This document shows, one piece after another, positions 61,114-64,000 of a stretch of 64,000 bases of DNA. The notes below the pieces were generated by a model. It was given only the letters and a program-made list of their open reading frames with translations. It was not told where the DNA came from and made no database searches. The position numbers and the translations under genes are program-made. Each line of letters starts with the position of its first letter. The first letter of the stretch is position 1. Source of the stretch: Candidatus Heimdallarchaeota archaeon (lineage in GTDB: Archaea > Asgardarchaeota > Heimdallarchaeia > JABLTI01); contig JABCTZ010000009.1 of the NCBI GenBank assembly GCA_018238155.1, positions 68,669 to 132,668 of the forward strand, read 5' to 3'.

Positions 61114-61572
61114 ATGACTGATCTCTTGTATAAAATCAAACTCAATATTAGTGTACCAATTTAGATATGCCTAAATTTGATTATAGCTTTCTATGTAGTT
61201 ATTAATGGTGGTGGTGGTGGGTATATTGCTTTAAATCCAGTTCCAATAGGTGGTTCTAATCTAATGTTTTTGTTTTGGATTCTGGAGTTAGTTACTTCTG
61301 GATTGTTATTTATTTATTTGGTTATGATATTCTTACCAAAACACCGAATTAGTTCTTTGATATTTGACAGTCTTTTAGTAGTTATACAATTAGCTATTTT
61401 AATCGAAGTAATTATTTTCTTTGGTTTTCCCTTCCTAAATCATGTAACCTTTCTTGTTTGTTCATTAGCATTGCTAACGCTCATTGATAGAATATTTGAT
61501 ATGATAGTTTTAAGTATGGCTTCAAGTGAGAAAAAGCAAATAGCAATTATAGAATTACCTGGCTCTGATTAA
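61114..61572 (+). pseudogene. Small 4-TM membrane protein with an in-frame TAG (61162-61164)
   Basis: ATG 61114 lies about 30 nt after a TATA-like tttatatata. MTDLLYKIKLNISVPI*ICLNLIIAFYVV reads as one hydrophobic helix across the stop. Confidence 0.5.
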
Positions 61573-61573
61573 A

Positions 61574-62218
61574 ATGTCTAATAAAAGAAAACTTTTTTTT
61601 TGGCTTCTCTTTCTTCTCTTGACAGTTATTTCTATTATTTCTGTAAGTATTAGCTACACACAAGTTTCTTCTTTTGGTCAAACCGACCAAAAAATGTTTC
61701 TTGTGATAACCTTGGTTATCCTGCTTCTTTTTTTAGTATTAGGTAGTATATCTGCTATTGGTTCTTCTTTAACTCGAGAAACTATTTTGGATAATTATCA
61801 ACGTGCAAGAATTTTTGCTACAATAGAACAACAACCTGGCATTCATTTTAATGAATTAACTAGAAACTTATGTTTAAGTAATGGTCAAGCTAGTTGGCAT
61901 ATTACTTGTTTGAAGAATTTTGAAATGATTAGAATTGTTAAAGCGAGAAATTATACCGCTTTTTTTCCTAATTGTAACTGTTTTTTTGATGAGATTAATT
62001 CTACACAATTAGTAACACTGAAAAATGAAACGAGAAATAAAATCTACCAGACAATTTGTAATAATCCAAAAATAGATCAGAAACGGCTTATACATTTGAT
62101 AAAAGTCAGTCAAAGCACAATTGCTTATCATTTGATTATTCTAGAACAAGAAAATCTTATAGCTATAGAGAAGAAAGGGCGCAATAGATATTATTATTCA
62201 GTGAAGGAATCAAAATAA
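61574..62218 (+). CDS. Membrane-anchored double winged-helix transcriptional regulator
   Basis: Two N-terminal TM helices, then LDN.QR..I...I..QPGIHFNEL.R.L and R.KI...I..NP.I.Q..L.....SQSTI.YHL..L...GR..YY. Confidence 0.8.
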   Translation: MSNKRKLFFWLLFLLLTVISIISVSISYTQVSSFGQTDQKMFLVITLVILLLFLVLGSISAIGSSLTRETILDNYQRARIFATIEQQPGIHFNELTRNLCLSNGQASWHITCLKNFEMIRIVKARNYTAFFPNCNCFFDEINSTQLVTLKNETRNKIYQTICNNPKIDQKRLIHLIKVSQSTIAYHLIILEQENLIAIEKKGRNRYYYSVKESK

Positions 62219-62302
62219 TTAAGTTATAAATTCAAAGAAATTCTCATCTCTTTTCGATCTAGAAGTTCGGTCTGGGGACATAATTGCTTGTTTTTTTAAA
62301 AC

Positions 62303-63334
62303 TCAAGGTGTTTTAAGTATTGATTGAACAATATTACTAATATCTGTTAGTCCTTGAGATTCATTCAAGTTAGCGAACTCTTTGAATATATACTGTATAT
62401 GTTGTTCAATAAGATGATATTGAGATGGGTGGTTTTTTTGAACAAAAATAGGCAAGCTTGGTAGTTTTGATGATTGAACAAGCTCATAGTACAGACGGTT
62501 GACAATTGTTCGGTAGCTTAGGAATAAAGAGTACTGATTAAGGGGAATGAACTTCTCATTAGTTGTAACTCTTTCACCTGATGGTAATAAGACACTATAA
62601 ATAGCTTTCTTGCCATGTTTCTCCATCTCGAAAATAGAACGATGAACAATTTCATTACAGAAGTTTCTAATTTTGATATCCAGAGATTCACATAAAGAAA
62701 GAATATCTCTTCTCTGCTTATCACTTTGTATAGTTGTAAACCTCTCAAGTAGAACCACCATTTCAAAATAGCTTTTAATTGGAAACAAATAATGTAAATC
62801 ATCATTGTATTGTTTTTTCATTTCTTTGTAGAGATGTTCTTTCGCCGGAATCATTTTATCTGTTTGAGCAACTGAATAATTGATATTGCCATCTAGTTGA
62901 CAAACACATGTTTCTACTTTTCCAAATTTGAGTTTTGTCGGGTCTGTAGGTTTGCTCATTGATGTTAAAGCCAAGCCAACGCCTGCTAATCCTACAATTG
63001 AACCTGCAAAAACAATTCTTGCTGCTAATGCTATAGCTTCTTTATCATTATTGCCAGTAAAATATTCTCGTAATACTCGTTCATCTAATGCTTGTTGAAT
63101 TAGTTTCTCAATATTCTTTTCAATTTGAATCTCTTTCTTACCTTCATTTGTCTCGGAATGTGACATAATCTGATCCTTGTCAATTGTTAAACCAATCATA
63201 GGAGCTACACTTATGATTTGCTCTTCTGAGAGCTGAGTAATGGTTTTAACCCAACTGATTTTAGCTTTTTTTTGTTTTTTAACTAACTCTAACAATTCTT
63301 TTTTCTTCTCTTCAGATATTTCCATTATTTCCAA
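62303..63334 (-). CDS. Hypothetical protein with one central Gly-rich hydrophobic segment
   Basis: 343-aa ORF; hydrophobic stretch IALAARIVFAGSIVGLAGVGLAL. Start probably at ATG 63325. Confidence 0.65.
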   Translation of the reverse strand: MEIMEISEEKKKELLELVKKQKKAKISWVKTITQLSEEQIISVAPMIGLTIDKDQIMSHSETNEGKKEIQIEKNIEKLIQQALDERVLREYFTGNNDKEAIALAARIVFAGSIVGLAGVGLALTSMSKPTDPTKLKFGKVETCVCQLDGNINYSVAQTDKMIPAKEHLYKEMKKQYNDDLHYLFPIKSYFEMVVLLERFTTIQSDKQRRDILSLCESLDIKIRNFCNEIVHRSIFEMEKHGKKAIYSVLLPSGERVTTNEKFIPLNQYSLFLSYRTIVNRLYYELVQSSKLPSLPIFVQKNHPSQYHLIEQHIQYIFKEFANLNESQGLTDISNIVQSILKTP

Positions 63335-63393
63335 TCCTCTAAAAAAACGCTGAAATTATATTAAACTGTTTATGTATCATTACTAATCTTATT

Positions 63394-63628
63394 TGTAAAG
63401 TTAACCTAATTGCGTGACAATATCTCTAATGAACTTAACGTGTTTTTTTCTTTTAAAATCTTTTCTTGAAAAGTATCGCTCAGCGGGAATTTTCCCAACA
63501 AGAGCAGAATGACCCTTTTCGTAATTGAAGTACTGAATGTAATTTCTTGGTGAAGGGAAAAACCAGGCATTCTCTTGAAACGTGCAGTTGAATCACTCGA
63601 ATTTTCCAAGTGTTTATGGATGATGGTG
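63394..63628 (-). mobile_element. Degraded IS481-family (rve integrase core) transposase 3' remnant with probable element end
   Basis: A single minus-strand frame reads HHHP*TLGKFE*FNCTFQE...YIQYFNYEKGHSALVGKIPAERY, matching HPQTxGKxERF...Y..YN..R.H.SL.G.TP.E.Y. Stop at 63401; TGT end at 63394. Confidence 0.75.
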
Positions 63629-63913
63629 CAGATTCTATTTTGACTCTGATATTCGCTTTCAAATTATCATGTTCCTTTTAGATATTTAATACCTTTCTCT
63701 TTTTCAATTTTTGATTTCATTTTGATGAATGTTTTCTCATAATCAGAAAATAGTTTGCAAGAAAGATTATTGGAAAAAATTTTTGATTTACATGATTGTA
63801 ATCGCAAACGATAAAATTTCACAAAACTTAAATATCTCTATGAGAATACTGTCAATAATACTTGTGTGAAAGGAAGTATTAGAGAATGAGAGAGTGTATT
63901 GTAAGAAAGGTTG

Positions 63914-64000
63914 TTAGTCTTTACTAATCTTTTCTTTACTAATCTTTTCTTTACTAATCTTTTCTTTACTAATCTTTTCTTTACTAATCTTTTCTTCGCA
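63914..64000 (-). CDS. Probable C-terminus of a gene running off the window, ending in (EKISK)5-D-stop
   Basis: The minus frame from 64000 reads CE-EKISK x5-D-TAA (63914-63916). Confidence 0.45.
   Translation of the reverse strand, partial: CEEKISKEKISKEKISKEKISKEKISKD
63918..63996. repeat. Perfect 15-bp tandem repeat (ttactaatcttttct) x5
   Basis: Units start at 63921, 63936, 63951, 63966 and 63981. Confidence 0.95.

Noticed and set aside
1432-62805. Numerous 60-135 aa ORFs antisense to or nested in long genes (for example 3748, 34725, 48802, 50174, 54191, 59473)
   Set aside because: These are shadow frames of well-supported genes, with no motifs or RBS.
63918-63996. CRISPR array
   Set aside because: Contiguous 15-bp units with no spacers, so it is a simple tandem repeat.
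1-64000. Genome-wide stop-codon reassignment suggested by the in-frame TGA (47367) and TAG (61162)
   Set aside because: TGA and TAG end many full-length genes here at the expected positions (for example the Arf-like GTPase, degV and colD-like with TAG; GT4s and the nucleotidyltransferase with TGA).
1-64000. tRNA, rRNA or SRP RNA genes
   Set aside because: No GC-rich structured island or cloverleaf signature was seen in any intergenic region.

Overview
This is an AT-rich archaeal chromosome segment, most likely from an Asgard archaeon. The assignment rests on a thermosome, SRP19, Gar1, an Ard1-type acetyltransferase, an Arf-family small GTPase and a DENN/longin-like protein; the exact lineage cannot be fixed from this window. 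Bases 1 to about 37,200 are a large surface-glycosylation locus: GT2, GT4 and GT-B enzymes, two Wzx-like flippases (one fused to a GT4), five GT-C-fold membrane proteins (three tandem paralogues), nucleotide-sugar enzymes that include a ColD-type 3-dehydratase and an Fcl/ColC-type reductase, two AsnB-like proteins, and a secreted 8-bladed FG-GAP propeller/TSP3-repeat surface protein. The rest is mostly housekeeping. The strongest candidate for an undescribed system is a tightly coupled minus-strand operon of uDENN/longin protein, Arf-like GTPase and 7TM membrane protein, preceded by a second stand-alone 7TM gene (42,116-45,033). It resembles a prokaryotic receptor/GTPase/GEF signalling module. 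Features missed by the ORF track include: two tandem paralogous 28-29 aa peptide genes overlapped by a long fold-back hairpin, a frameshifted GT-C, in-frame stops in an EamA and in a small membrane protein, a metallo-beta-lactamase pseudogene, an IS481 remnant, and a 15-bp coding tandem repeat. All family calls come from motif recognition by eye; no searches were run.
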